Shown one piece after another: positions 36,996 through 48,756 of a DNA stretch of 64,000 nucleotides. Source of the stretch: Felis catus (lineage: Eukaryota); the NCBI RefSeq assembly GCF_018350175.1, contig NC_058379.1, forward strand, positions 19,220,001 through 19,284,000. Direction: 5' to 3'. Numbering within the stretch: the stretch's first letter is position 1; every line of letters begins with the position of its first letter. The notes beneath the pieces were generated by a model. The model was not told where the DNA came from, made no database searches, and worked only from the letters and a program-made list of their open reading frames with translations. A program made the position numbers and the translations under genes.

Positions 36996-39205
36996 TTTTT
37001 TCTCTTTATGAAAAAGTATCAAATTTATTTCAATATCTAGTTTTATTTTTAAATTAAAGCTGTTGGACAATTTTTTTGTAACTTATAATTCATTATCAGA
37101 GGTGAGGAAAATGTGAATAAGCTATTATATACTGACAGCAAATAAAATTCTTAGACTATGCACTTATAAAAGCCATGTGTAATAGTAAAAGTTCCAGTTA
37201 TACTAGTTACCTGAAGGAAATATTCTTTAGCTCTTTATTGCTAATTTTAACACATTCTCATTTTGACGTAATTTACCTTTTTCACCCAATTACTAGTATG
37301 ATGAACAAAGTTTTTCCAAATGTTAAACCTTTCTTTACCACTTATGAAATATGACTTATTACTTCTTAAGACTTCCATACAAGAAATTTGAAATTTTAAT
37401 TTTTACCATGAACCTATTGGATCAAAAAGTATAGAACATCACTACTAAATAAGGTAAGACAAAGAATAGAAAAAACACAAATGTGGCATTTATTTAATCA
37501 GCAAATTATCTGATAAGACATTTTAACTACTTCACATTTCTACTTAGCACAAGAAAGAATAAACTGGTTCCAAGGTACCACAAGGTTTGGCATTTTTACT
37601 GCAAGCGTTTAAGTCATAGTGTTATTCTACTCAACAAGACATCTCTAAGAAAATGTTAGTGTTCATAAGTACAAACATGGTTATATCTGGTAGGTGGTTT
37701 TCTTCATAGTCAATATGAGAATTCTTTATAAAATTAGATTTTAAGAAATGCAGAATATCTGATAATTATCTCTAAGGCTAAAATGAGAAAAATGCAGAAC
37801 ACAGAAATAGTCATTGGTTAATATTTGGCTTTGAAAAAGCCAGAAATGGTTCTATTCCAAGAAATAAGCGATAATGATAAAGGATATAATAATTAATATA
37901 CTATGTGTCTTAAAAGGCTTAAAAGCCAAAGCACACTTTCTACATCAGGAGAATTCTGATTTTTAAGTTCTTAATTTCCTTCGTCCACAACAGGACCCTG
38001 TTCTAAGCCATTATTTGAATAGAGTTCATAATGTAGGGTCATTTTCCACAGGATGCTTTCATTACAGTACATAAACTGCAAAATGGCAAATGACTAAGTC
38101 AGTTATAAAGAATTTATAGCATAATAAATGCCAATTTACAATAACCACCAACAGACTTCTACACCAAAGCCTAAAAGTTGCTGCAGTAGAAGTCATAACT
38201 AACATGATTCTTCCATGTCCTCAGACTTTACTACAAATTACTGTCATGAAAAACAGAAAAGAAACCTTAGTGGGTCCTTCCAAAACTGCATAATTTTCCA
38301 AATGATTTACCTCTGGTGGTACAGCCTGTTCATTCCTTAAGTGCTTATTCAGTTATTTAGCTTTTGCAATATTTTCTCGACATTTTTGTTTCTTCTTTTG
38401 GTCCTTTTCCCTGGCCTCAATCATCTTGACCAATTTCCGGGACACTATGGCATTTACTAGAAACGATGGTGTAACGGCCAAAATAACTGTTGTAAGGAAG
38501 CCATACGGGTCCTTTGCAGCCCAATCCACAACATACTCAGCCCAGGCCTTTATATCAACCATCTTCATAGTTTTTGTTTGTTTATTTCTTTATGTTGAGA
38601 GAGAGAGAGAGAGAGAATGTGCACAAGCAGGACAGGAGCAGGGAGAAAGGGAGAGAGAATCTCAAGCAGCTTCCATGCTTAGATTTCCAATCCATGAACC
38701 TTGAGATCATGACCTGAGCTGAAATCAAAAGTCAGATGTTTCACCTACTGAGACACCCAGGTGCCCCAACCATCTTTGTAAAGGTCTTGTGCTTGAGTAG
38801 TGATCTCCAACTTTGAGATTAGTGAGCTGATTTCAATTTCAGATGACCCTTGCTTGTTTGTCTTCTTTAGCTCTACCATACACTTGTGAGACAAGGTTTA
38901 AGTTCTGTATCTTCTTCCTTCTGTAAAGGGTCCACCAGCCTTAATCTCCAAATGTACGCAGCTCCAAATGGTATTTCACCACCATCAGCACATCTCCTCC
39001 ATCCTTGTTTTTCCCCTTGCTCATTCATCCTTCCCTACCGGCCCCACCAGCCTCGGGGGCCAAGTTCACCTGCCCCCCAGCCTCCACCACACCTTGGTCC
39101 ACCCACACCATGGCTGCCTCTTCAGGGGACAGGGCAAAACCACCGTGGTGGCTGCCACCAGCCTCCCCTACATCACAGCCAGGACCATGGGCTCGGAACC
39201 CTCAG
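36996..39205 (-). pseudogene. SMIM15: SMIM15 processed retrocopy (5'UTR, CDS 38562-38353, long AT-rich 3'UTR)
   Basis: [69 protein letters not shown] resembles SMIM15; TSD TAGGCCATTA at 36986-36995 and 39206-39215; AATAAA (TTTATT at ~37024) and degraded A-tail near 36996. Confidence 0.9.
38571..38767 (-). mobile_element. Can-SINE inserted at the SMIM15 retrocopy start codon
   Basis: TSD AACCATCTT(CA/TG)TA at 38558-38570 and 38768-38780. Confidence 0.9.
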
Positions 39206-39971
39206 TAGGCCATTACTGATGGCCTATCATCTTGCTATTTATTTTCTATTTGTCCCATCTCTTTTCCTCACTTCCTCTTTTTCTGACTTTTTTTAAAGAA
39301 TACTTATGAATTCATCATAAATCTCTACTGGCTTAACTCTTATTTTTTAAGTTTATTTATTTTGAGATCGAGCGCACATGCACGTGAATGGGGGAGGGGT
39401 AGAGAGAGAGGGAGAGAGAATCCCCAGCAGGCTCTGGGCTGAGACTGGGGCTTGAGCTCACAAACCATGAGATCATGACATGAGCCAAAATCAAGAGTCA
39501 GAATGCTTAACGGACTGAGCCACCCAGGCATCCCTCTTTTTTTTTTTTTTTTTTTTTTTTTATTGAGGTAACATTCACATAAAATAAAATTAACCATTTT
39601 AACCATTTTTTTTTAAATTTTATTTTTAAGTAATCTCTACACCCAACATGGGGCTCAAACTCACAACCCCAAGATAAAGAGTTGCATGCTCTACCAACTG
39701 AGCCAGTCAGGTGCCCCACCATTTTAAAATATACAATTCAGTGGCTTTTAGTACATTCTCCATGTTGTGAAACCATCGTCACTAATTGCAGAATGTTTTC
39801 ATTACCCCCCAAAAGAAACCCCATAGCCATTAAGCAGGCACTCCCTATTCTCCCTTCCCCAGTCTCTGGCACCACTGATCTGCTTTGTCTCTATGAATTT
39901 GCCTATTCCGGACTGAATTTCATATATATGAAACCATACATGGCCTTTTTTGCCTGGCTTCTTTCACTCTG

Positions 39972-40115
39972 NNNNNNNNNNNNNNNNNNNNNNNNNNNNN
40001 NNNNNNNNNNNNNNNNNNNNNNNNNNNNNNNNNNNNNNNNNNNNNNNNNNNNNNNNNNNNNNNNNNNNNNNNNNNNNNNNNNNNNNNNNNNNNNNNNNNN
40101 NNNNNNNNNNNNNNN
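39972..40115. other. Assembly gap (144 N)
   Basis: Run of N inside an L1/SINE-rich block. Confidence 1.
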
Positions 40116-40709
40116 AGTTGCTTGAAGTTTATATATCTTTAAATTATCAGTGTACCTTCAAGTAATAAACCACTTCTAATATACAAAATCTTACAATAGT
40201 ATGCTTTCCTTTCTCCCCTCTTGGCCTTTTTGCCAATATTGTCATGAATTTTACTTTTACATATGTTACAAACCCCATAACACAATCTTTACTCCTTTGT
40301 GTAGATACAGATTTCCATCTGGTATAATTTTCCTAATGCCCAAAGGATGTCCTTTAACATTTTGTATAGTAGGTCTCCTCGTGATGAATTTTGTTCCCAG
40401 CCTTTGTAGGTCTGAAAACATCTTTTTTTTTTTTTTTTTAAATTATTTATTTTTGAGAGAGACAGAGCAGGAGCAGGTGAGGGGCAGAGAAAGTGGGAGA
40501 CACTTGAAGACACTTGAAGAAAGTGGGAGCCTACTTGAAGTAGGCTCCAGGCTCTGAGTGGTCAGTGCAGAGCCAGATGCCGGCCTCAAACTCACAAGCT
40601 GTGAGATCATGACCTGAGCCAAAACCAAGAGTTGGACACTTAACCAACTGAGCCACCCAGGTGCCTCTAATTTTGTTTAAACTTTTTTTTTTTTAATGCT
40701 TTTAAGTTT

Positions 40710-41181
40710 GTTTTTATGATCCTTTGACTCTTGGGGCCTTACTAATCCTAGAGACTGCCCTCCCAGAGTCGGTTAGGTCCTAGACAGTAAACAATTTACC
40801 TGCAGAGCATGCCTTTTGTATACAAATTTACTAATCAACTCCAAACACCTAATTATCACACACCAAACCAGTATTTCCTGTCCTAAATCACACCAGGGCC
40901 AGGTTATGGACAACTAGAGACCGTTCCTATAGCCAAGAACCCTCTGACTTTATTTGAATTAACAGATTCTAAGCTTACTCAAACTTGTCTACCTTGCCTT
41001 GCCCCATGGAAACCACAATAAATGGTCTGAGGCATGCTCTCCCCTCACTCCTACTGCCCCTCTGACCCACACTGAGGTTTCTTCATGTGATCCTGAATGG
41101 CATGGCACTCTCCCTTCTCTTGGGAATTGTAATCAGTTATCTCCATGTCTGTCACTTTACTGTACCTGATTAAAACAAAAT
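40710..41181 (+). mobile_element. ERVL-class solo LTR (MER73/MER74-like)
   Basis: Motifs GCATGCCTTTTG, GGACAACTAGAGAC, GGAAACCACAATAAA; ends ..AAACA; family by recollection. Confidence 0.55.
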
Positions 41182-41999
41182 CCTTGGTACATTTTCAAAC
41201 AATGGTCTACCCAATATTCTGTGAATTTTTTATCTGGTCGATGGGAACAGGAACAATTCTCAGCCTTGTGTAATGCCTGGCACTGTTATAATCCTTTTTG
41301 ATGGTTCTTTCCCTGGCCTTGGTTACTTTCCTCCTATTCTCATGCTGATCAGTATTCTGAGTACTCTAAAGAGCCCTTCTACAGATCTCCTGGGTTCTCT
41401 GTACAGCTTCCTTCTCTCTGGTGTTCTGTCTCATGAACATGAGTTGCCTCAACCTCTCTGAACTCTTAGCTCAGATTCCTCAACCCAGGTAGCAGGGTCC
41501 ACTTCAGTTCCCCTTCCCTGTTCCAGTGCCCAGAAACTCCCACAAGGCTGTAAGCCCATCTTTTTTTCCTCTCTTAGGGATTGCTTTCCTTTGGTATTTG
41601 AGTTTTGTTTAATTTTCAGGCATAAGACTAAATCCAGGTACTAACCTCCACTTGGCCAGAGACAGAAAAAAAATTAATGCATGCTTATTTATTTTTTTAA
41701 GCTTATGGAATACCCAGCAGGTGAACGAACACAGAAGCTGAGATAGTATCAATGCACCAACTGAATCTTAAACCCTCCCCCTCACACAGATAACAAACCA
41801 GAGGCTTGGAGAGAAGTGGTAGTGGAGGTAGTCAGAACCAGAATCCATTCCTTAAATCTTGATCTAGTTATCTGACATCATTTTTTGTTCTGCATCTTCT
41901 TTCTCTTGCCAAGTTTCCCCTTTTAGAGTAACATATTTTCAAAAAAAAAAAAAAAAAACAAAAACATGTTTTTTAAGAGAGAATGTGCTTAAATATCCA

Positions 42000-44200
42000 G
42001 ACATCACACAATCTTGAGACTGTCCCTCCCCAAGCTTGGCAAAAAGTTGGAAATTTTTTCTCTAGAGGGTGTAAATTTCTGGACTAGGAAGCCTGTCCAG
42101 AGATCTGGAAGACAATAGTCTTGACCTGGATGCCAATTCTGGGCATACTAGAATGCGGAAGCTCCCCAGCCCTTTTCCTTCACTGAGCTCCCACAAGGTC
42201 AGCAGTTCAAGGTAAAGCCTCCTGACAAGAGACTGGAAGTTTCCTCCGGGGAACCTGACCAGAGCCCAAGAGGAAAGTCCTAAAGATGGACACTGGCTGG
42301 GGATTTACCAAAAATTCCATCAGCTCACCTTACAAGCACATCTTCTTACTATCCCACCTGTAAATATAAGCAGACTACCAATGATTGCCAGGAAGCTAAT
42401 GAAAGTCTGTAACACGAAAGACTAAAAGCAAAACAAAAAGAGGACAAAAAGTTTTAAAAAGGGGGCACCTGGGTGGTTCAGTGAGTTGAGCGTCTTGACT
42501 TCAGCTCAGGTCATGATCTTGCAGTTCGTGGATTTGAGCCCCACATCTGAACCCACATCGGGCTTGCTGCTGTCATCCTATCAGCGCAGAGCCTGCTTCA
42601 GATCCTCTGTGCCCCTCTCTCTGCCACTCCCCTGCTTGCTCTATTTCTCAAAAAATAAAACATTTTAAAATAAAAGAGGGAAGAAAACATCATGCAGGGC
42701 GATGAAAGCTTCAACAAAGTATATTAAAGCCCTTAGAGATAAGATACTGCAACCATGGAATGTGGTCTTAATTTAAAAAAAAAAAAAAAAGGAACAGAGA
42801 ATCAACTTGGAAATCTGCCATTAGGGGAGATCAAAAGACAAGAAAATGGGGGTGGTAAGGACAGAAAAAATAAGAAAAACAGAGATAGGTCCAGATCCAA
42901 TACCTGAAGAACAGGAATTCCAGAAAGAAAAACCAGAAGAATAAGGAAAGGAAATCATTAACAAATAATTCAAGAAAGTTTCCCAGTAATGCCAGGAGTG
43001 AAGGTTAAGAGTCCATTCTGAAAGGCTCAACAACAGCCTGGCAAGTGCATGAAAACAGACCTCTGCCAAGGCCTGTCACTGGAATTTCAGAACTCTGGCG
43101 ACAAAAGGGAGGCGTCATATACAAAGACCCTCAGAACTCAGAATGGCGATTCTTCTAACAGCAACACTAGGTGAAAAGTAATAATGCCTTCAAAATTCTA
43201 AAGGAAAATATATTCCAAACTAGAACTTCACACCTGATCAAGTATGAGAACGAGACATTTTCAGACATGCAATTCTTTCAAACTACTTCCCATGCACCCC
43301 TTTTACTGCAAGCACTCTATCAAAATGGGGTATTAAACCAAGGGGAAGAGGTTACACAGAAAACGGGATTCAGCAGGAGAGAGCTCACAATGACAGCAAT
43401 ATATTAGGCACAAAGGAGAACCAGTTCAGATTGGACCAGGTCAAGAAATTGATAAAATAGACGATGTGTTATGCCCTTAGAGAACTCTGGGGTTGAATTA
43501 GTGACAAGTGGACAGAAAACTAAGCTAATAACTAATAAAAATCCAAGAGGATTATTAATTCTAGGGAAAAGAAAGTTCTGCAGGAAGGTAACTTAGTTCA
43601 CTATGTAGCTCAGCTGTGATTTAAATACCCAGTCGTGGGGCGCCTGGGTGACTCAGTCGGTTAAGCGTCTGACTTCGACTCAGGTCACGATCTCGCGGTC
43701 CGTGAGTTCGAGCCCCGTGTTGGGCTCTGGGCTGATGGCTCGGAGCCTGGAGCCTGCTTCTGATTCTGTCTCCCTCTCTCCCTGCCCCTCCCCCATTCAT
43801 GCTCTGTCTCTCTGTCTCAAAAATAAATAAAACATTAAAAAAAAAATTTAAATACCCAGTCGTAATGCAAACACTTAATATGATTGAACTAGAATTCTAT
43901 CAGGGAGATGGATGATGGGGAGTACATGCATGGCAGGCAAGAAGGAGAAAGAAGTCAAAAGATAATGCCTAAAATGGAAACATCAGTAAATAGCCAAGCA
44001 CATGTTTATATTTGAGATATGGAGGCAAATACAAACTTATCAGCCAACAGCTGAAGGAGATACTGTGAAGCAGGGAAAATGGGGAAGAACAGATAGGATA
44101 AGAGGGCTGCTGTTTTTCATAATAAACCTCACAAAACTTTTTGCTCTTTCAATGCAAAACAATTGATATTCTTCCTAAAATGCAAGAATACAAAGCTGTA
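42000..44200 (+). mobile_element. Old L1 5'/ORF1-region remnant with SINE insertions (42461-42675, 43637-43845)
   Basis: ORF1-like AFKILKENIFQTR; the 43637 SINE has TSD TTAAATACCCAGTCGT. Confidence 0.65.
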
Positions 44201-44258
44201 CTACAAACATATTTTGTTAATGTATTTTTTTCAGATTTATTGTGAAAACAAAACCACA

Positions 44259-44422
44259 GGGGAACCTGGGTAGCTCAGTTGGGTTGTCTGACTAGATTTT
44301 GGCTCAGGTCATGATCTTGCAGTTCGTGGGTTTAAGCCCCCCCATGGCGCTCCATGCTGACAGTACAGAGCCTGCTTGGGATGCTCACTCTCTCTCAAAA
44401 AAAAAAAAAAAAAAAAAAAAAA
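44259..44422 (+). mobile_element. Can-SINE
   Basis: SINEC head, long A-tail, TSD AAA(A/G)CCACA. Confidence 0.88.
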
Positions 44423-44659
44423 AGCCACAAATGGAACTGCCTTACTTTTTCAGGATCTAGACAGAATTTCAGCTAGTTTTTACTATGTAGAATCATGCAA
44501 CACTGGTATTCCTCCATGGTTTCCGATGTAAACCACATCCACTCAGCTTTTCAGATCCAGGATGCAATTCATTAGTGTTAATTAATTAAGTATAATGTGT
44601 TACTAAAGTCTTCCTATAAAAGTATAATTTAAGTAGTGACTGTACTGACCTATTCCAGT

Positions 44660-44830
44660 CGAGGATATCAAAATGTGGTCTCAGATCTACTGAAACATAT
44701 TTACCTGGCAAGGGCATTGCTTAATATGCAGATTCCTGGGCCCTATTCCAGACTAATTCGCCAGCAATCTCTAAGGGTGGGGCCTTGGAATCTTCCTAAC
44801 AAGATCCCTAAACTGATAATTAAATCTACA
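44660..44830. mobile_element. MER5A-like hAT DNA transposon fragment
   Basis: ATGCAGATTCCTGGGCCC and GGGTGGGGCCT motifs. Confidence 0.6.
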
Positions 44831-45392
44831 GCTCTTACTATATTAATAATTCAATAGGGTCATTAATAATAAGCCAATAAATCAATGCCTGCAAACCAAG
44901 GTCACGAGCAGGGAAGAGGGAATTTATACAGGGTAGTAGATATCACAATGTCTAGAATTCCACTTACAAACACTTCAGAGAAATTCTGCTCTATCCACAT
45001 GCAACTCCACATACGAGTTTCTTTCCTTACCAGAAACGACACATTAACTTTTGGTCAAATCTAAAACAAATGAACTCTAAACTCTATTCACATTAAGTTC
45101 ATTTGAAATGGCCCCCAGTCTAGGAGCCCCTCTGCTGAGGCAGCACAGCCTACAGGGCCACCAGCACACTTCATCCAAATGTGTCACAAGAGCTGGGGGT
45201 GCTGAAGCAAGAGGCACAGGGGCTGCTCTGGGGGATGGGTCTCTGAAACCTTATTTATGCACCTGCAGTATCTAACCGACAATCTGAATCTTGTTCCTTA
45301 GGAGTTCTTTTATTACAGGAATAACACAAGGTCTGTTACATCATGGTAGTGCCACAATTATAAGACCAGGCTTGTTAGAAAATCCCTACTTG

Positions 45393-45575
45393 AGGGGTGT
45401 CTGGGTGACTCGGTTAAGCAACCGACTCTTGATTTCAACTCACGTTGTGATCTCACGATTCATGGGATTGAGCCCCGCATCAGGCTCTGTGCTGACAGTG
45501 TGAAGCCTGCTTGGGATTCTCCCTCTCTGCTCCTCCCTCGCTCTCTCTCTCACAAACTTTAAAAAAAAAAGAAGA
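45393..45575 (+). mobile_element. Can-SINE downstream of SNRPD3
   Basis: SINEC body; TSD ~AAATCC(C/T)TACTTGA. Confidence 0.88.
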
Positions 45576-46395
45576 AAAAGGAAATCCTTACTTGATGCCT
45601 GGTCAACAGATGTGCTGGATTTTCTTCTTCCTCTTTTATTACTCAAACGATGTGTCCCATGAGCAATGTGCACTGCAAGGGCAATCAGTCCCTTTTCCTC
45701 TCAGTAGCTTTTGCTGAAGCTCATCCTATACTGAACCCCTGACAAGACCTCTTTTCAGCATTTGCCTTCCCATTTCTGTGTTTTTGTCAGTTATTTGCTT
45801 TGCATACCTTGCCCTTTCTACCTCTGCTACAGTAAAAACTACGGCTGTGCTAATGCATGCTAAGATGCTCTGATAAATGCATAAGAATCTGTCCCCGCAA
45901 ATCACCACAAAACTGGTTATGAAGCCAGTGTAGTAGTCATCAATGTTGGCCACTAGGACTCCCCGAATTATCTTTTAAGTTGAGATTACATTTGCCAAAT
46001 GCTGAACCACTAGGGTTTCCAGCCTACAAAGATCAGAATGGTGGACTTTTTCTTTGCCCAGGACCACCCATGCTGTGTTGTTCAAGCTGAGCTGATGACA
46101 TCTCCACAAAGGTTACCTGAACAAAGCACCGTACAAGTGCCTGTGTCTAAACACCAACAAGACCGTCTGTGTGTTCTTGGAGTTTTTCCATGGGTTTAAC
46201 CAGCAACTGGCCTGGAACAGCAGCTTAAACTCTTATCAATAACTATGTGATTTCAAAGTACTAGCATTCTCCCAGGACACCTTCCAGGGTGTCAAAATTT
46301 AACTTGCTGCCAAAGCAAACAGAACACAAACTCCAAAATGAACACACAGTCCTTATTTTTTCAAAAAGAAAACAAAACAAACAATCACCACCATA

Positions 46396-46401
46396 TTTAT
46401 T
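46396..46401 (-). terminator. SNRPD3: SNRPD3 proximal polyadenylation signal AATAAA
   Basis: TTTATT on plus strand, ~135 nt past the stop; followed on minus strand by GT/T-rich sequence (GGTGGTGATTGTTTGTTTTG). Confidence 0.7.
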
Positions 46402-46536
46402 TAGTTTAACATTTCCTCTGCTCTAAAGAGAAAGATGTCAAAAGAAAACCTAGAACATATACATAAGCATACACCCCCCTGAACCCAGACAACCTAAGGG
46501 AAAAAATAATGACAAAGTTCAGTTCAACAGATAAAT

Positions 46537-46598
46537 TTATCTTCGCTTCTGGAAGATGTTTCCACGCCCCATTCCACGTCCTCTTCCTCTTGCAGCCA
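46537..46598 (-). CDS. SNRPD3: Small nuclear ribonucleoprotein Sm D3, last coding exon (RG tail)
   Basis: (V)AARGRGRGMGRGNIFQKRR*; acceptor TTTCAG|; 62 nt. Confidence 0.97.
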
Positions 46599-48393
46599 CT
46601 GAAAGGTAGGAAAGAAAGGAAAAGGCCAGGTCAGTGAAGTCAGTGAGTGCGCATGCCACAGAACAGCCAGAGCCCTTCCTTGGACACTGGCACAGGAAAG
46701 GGCCTGGAAGGCCACCTAGTCCAACACCATGCCCACCACATGTCATTTCCCCATTGCCTGGGGACTGACACCTGGCATCAGAGCTGGAGGGGGCACCAAA
46801 CTCCTGCCTTCCAATCCAGTCCTGCTCTCAACAAGAGGCCAGGAATCAGTGTGTTGAAAGCTAAGGTGGTTTGGGAAGCAAGTGTGAGAACCAAAGAAAA
46901 GATGAATTCCCAGAGCTGGCCTAGGGTGAGGTAATAACACATGACAGATGAATTTAATTCACACTTAAAATTCTGAAACAAATGCTAAACATCTGTTAAA
47001 TCTGGGTGGCAGGTTTCTTTTTTTTTGAGCTACCCTGAAATATAAAACGTTTCGTAATAGCAAAGCAAAACCACACCCCACACGACGGACATAGACATAA
47101 AATAAGCTCCTGTTGTCTATGACCCCAAGAGTTCTAGGAGAGAACCAGTGGCTTTGAAGGACAAGTGAAAATATTCTGATGGCTGCTAATCGGAGTCTCA
47201 CCCCTCTTCCCACTTATAGAGCCTGGAGCCGACCTGAAGAGGGAAGGAAGTCACCCAAGAACCCAGCGACAAGCTGATGGGACTACAGCAAGGGACTGGC
47301 AGCACAGATGACCCAGGCAGAGGCCAATGGGCCTGGGTAAACTCACTGCCACGTGCCTTCTAGTGCACAACTACTGGGCTGAACCTTTTGTTAGAGAAGG
47401 TGGTGTAGTTATACAGTGACCATGAGGGCAGCCCTCCCTGAGAAAGCAGAGAGAAAAGCAGTTCTAGTAAGAAAGCCAGTATTCCTGAAAACCATTCCTT
47501 CACCAGGACAAAGGTCCAGAGCTTCTGGTTCTACCTGCCCACAAATGCCACTTATCTAGGAAGGGCAAGGAGATTCTCTGATCAGCTTTTTTGAAGGACA
47601 TTTTAAAGGATTACTCTTACATCTTTAAACTCAAAAGCTACCTCATATATAAAATATGCAAAGCAACAAAAGCACTGATGGAGAATCCAGTGACTTTCCT
47701 GCACTATAAATCTTTCTACTGACATACATTTTCTAACGAATACACTTGCTTTCTAGATAATCATCATGGCAGAGCTTTTCATGGACCCAAACATAAAACC
47801 TCTGACTAGGCTGACCTAAAAGAAAGGCCAGACTAAGGAAGGTCACCGGGTCACTGGGGACATGCTGAAAGGAAGGATTTATTTTCAAATACAAGAATAT
47901 TCGAAAACAGAAGTTCAGTCCCTTTAATAGGTAAAGATGGCTTAAAACTGCTTATTTCTTATATGAAAATGGATCCCTATCATCAGCATTCCCCCCCATG
48001 CATACTGGGTGTCAACAAACACCCCCAGCTTCTCTGGGAACTGTTGCCCCACTGCTTCAGGAGCCAGCTAATCCAAACTATAGTGCCCCTGCTCAGCAAA
48101 CTAGGTAAGAGCAAGCTTCCCCCAAACTCTTTGGACAGAATTTCTGGAAACAAAGGGCCTCCCAGAAATTCATTATAGGAGACTTATCTACTCTCTCATT
48201 TAAGATAGGAGTCCCCTTCCTTTTTCTAAGGAGGCATTTTGGATTTTGAATAAGCCTTAAGAATGTGATCAGGTGAGACAAGACAGAGAAGGCGAGATAA
48301 GGTCCCCAGATCTTCACGGGTGTGGGCCCCAAGCCTGCAGGGTGAGATGTAGACATGGCTGAAGTCGAAGTCCACCCTATGCCCAGGCAATTA

Positions 48394-48756
<363 letters not shown>

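Larger units (their letters stand above)
34230..41640 (-). mobile_element. Fragmented old L1 (antisense), interrupted by SINEs, the SMIM15 retrocopy and an LTR
   Basis: ORF 34683-34973 resembles L1 ORF2 (YYEKFYANKFNNLDEMDKFL); endonuclease-region motifs at 36400-36970 resume after 39215; SINEs at ~34930-35130, 35396-35594, 35985-36180, 36604-36845, 39340-39535, 39606-39717, 40423-40646. Confidence 0.75.

Noticed and set aside
39682-40165. ORFs spanning the N-run
   Set aside because: Artefacts of the assembly gap within repeat sequence.
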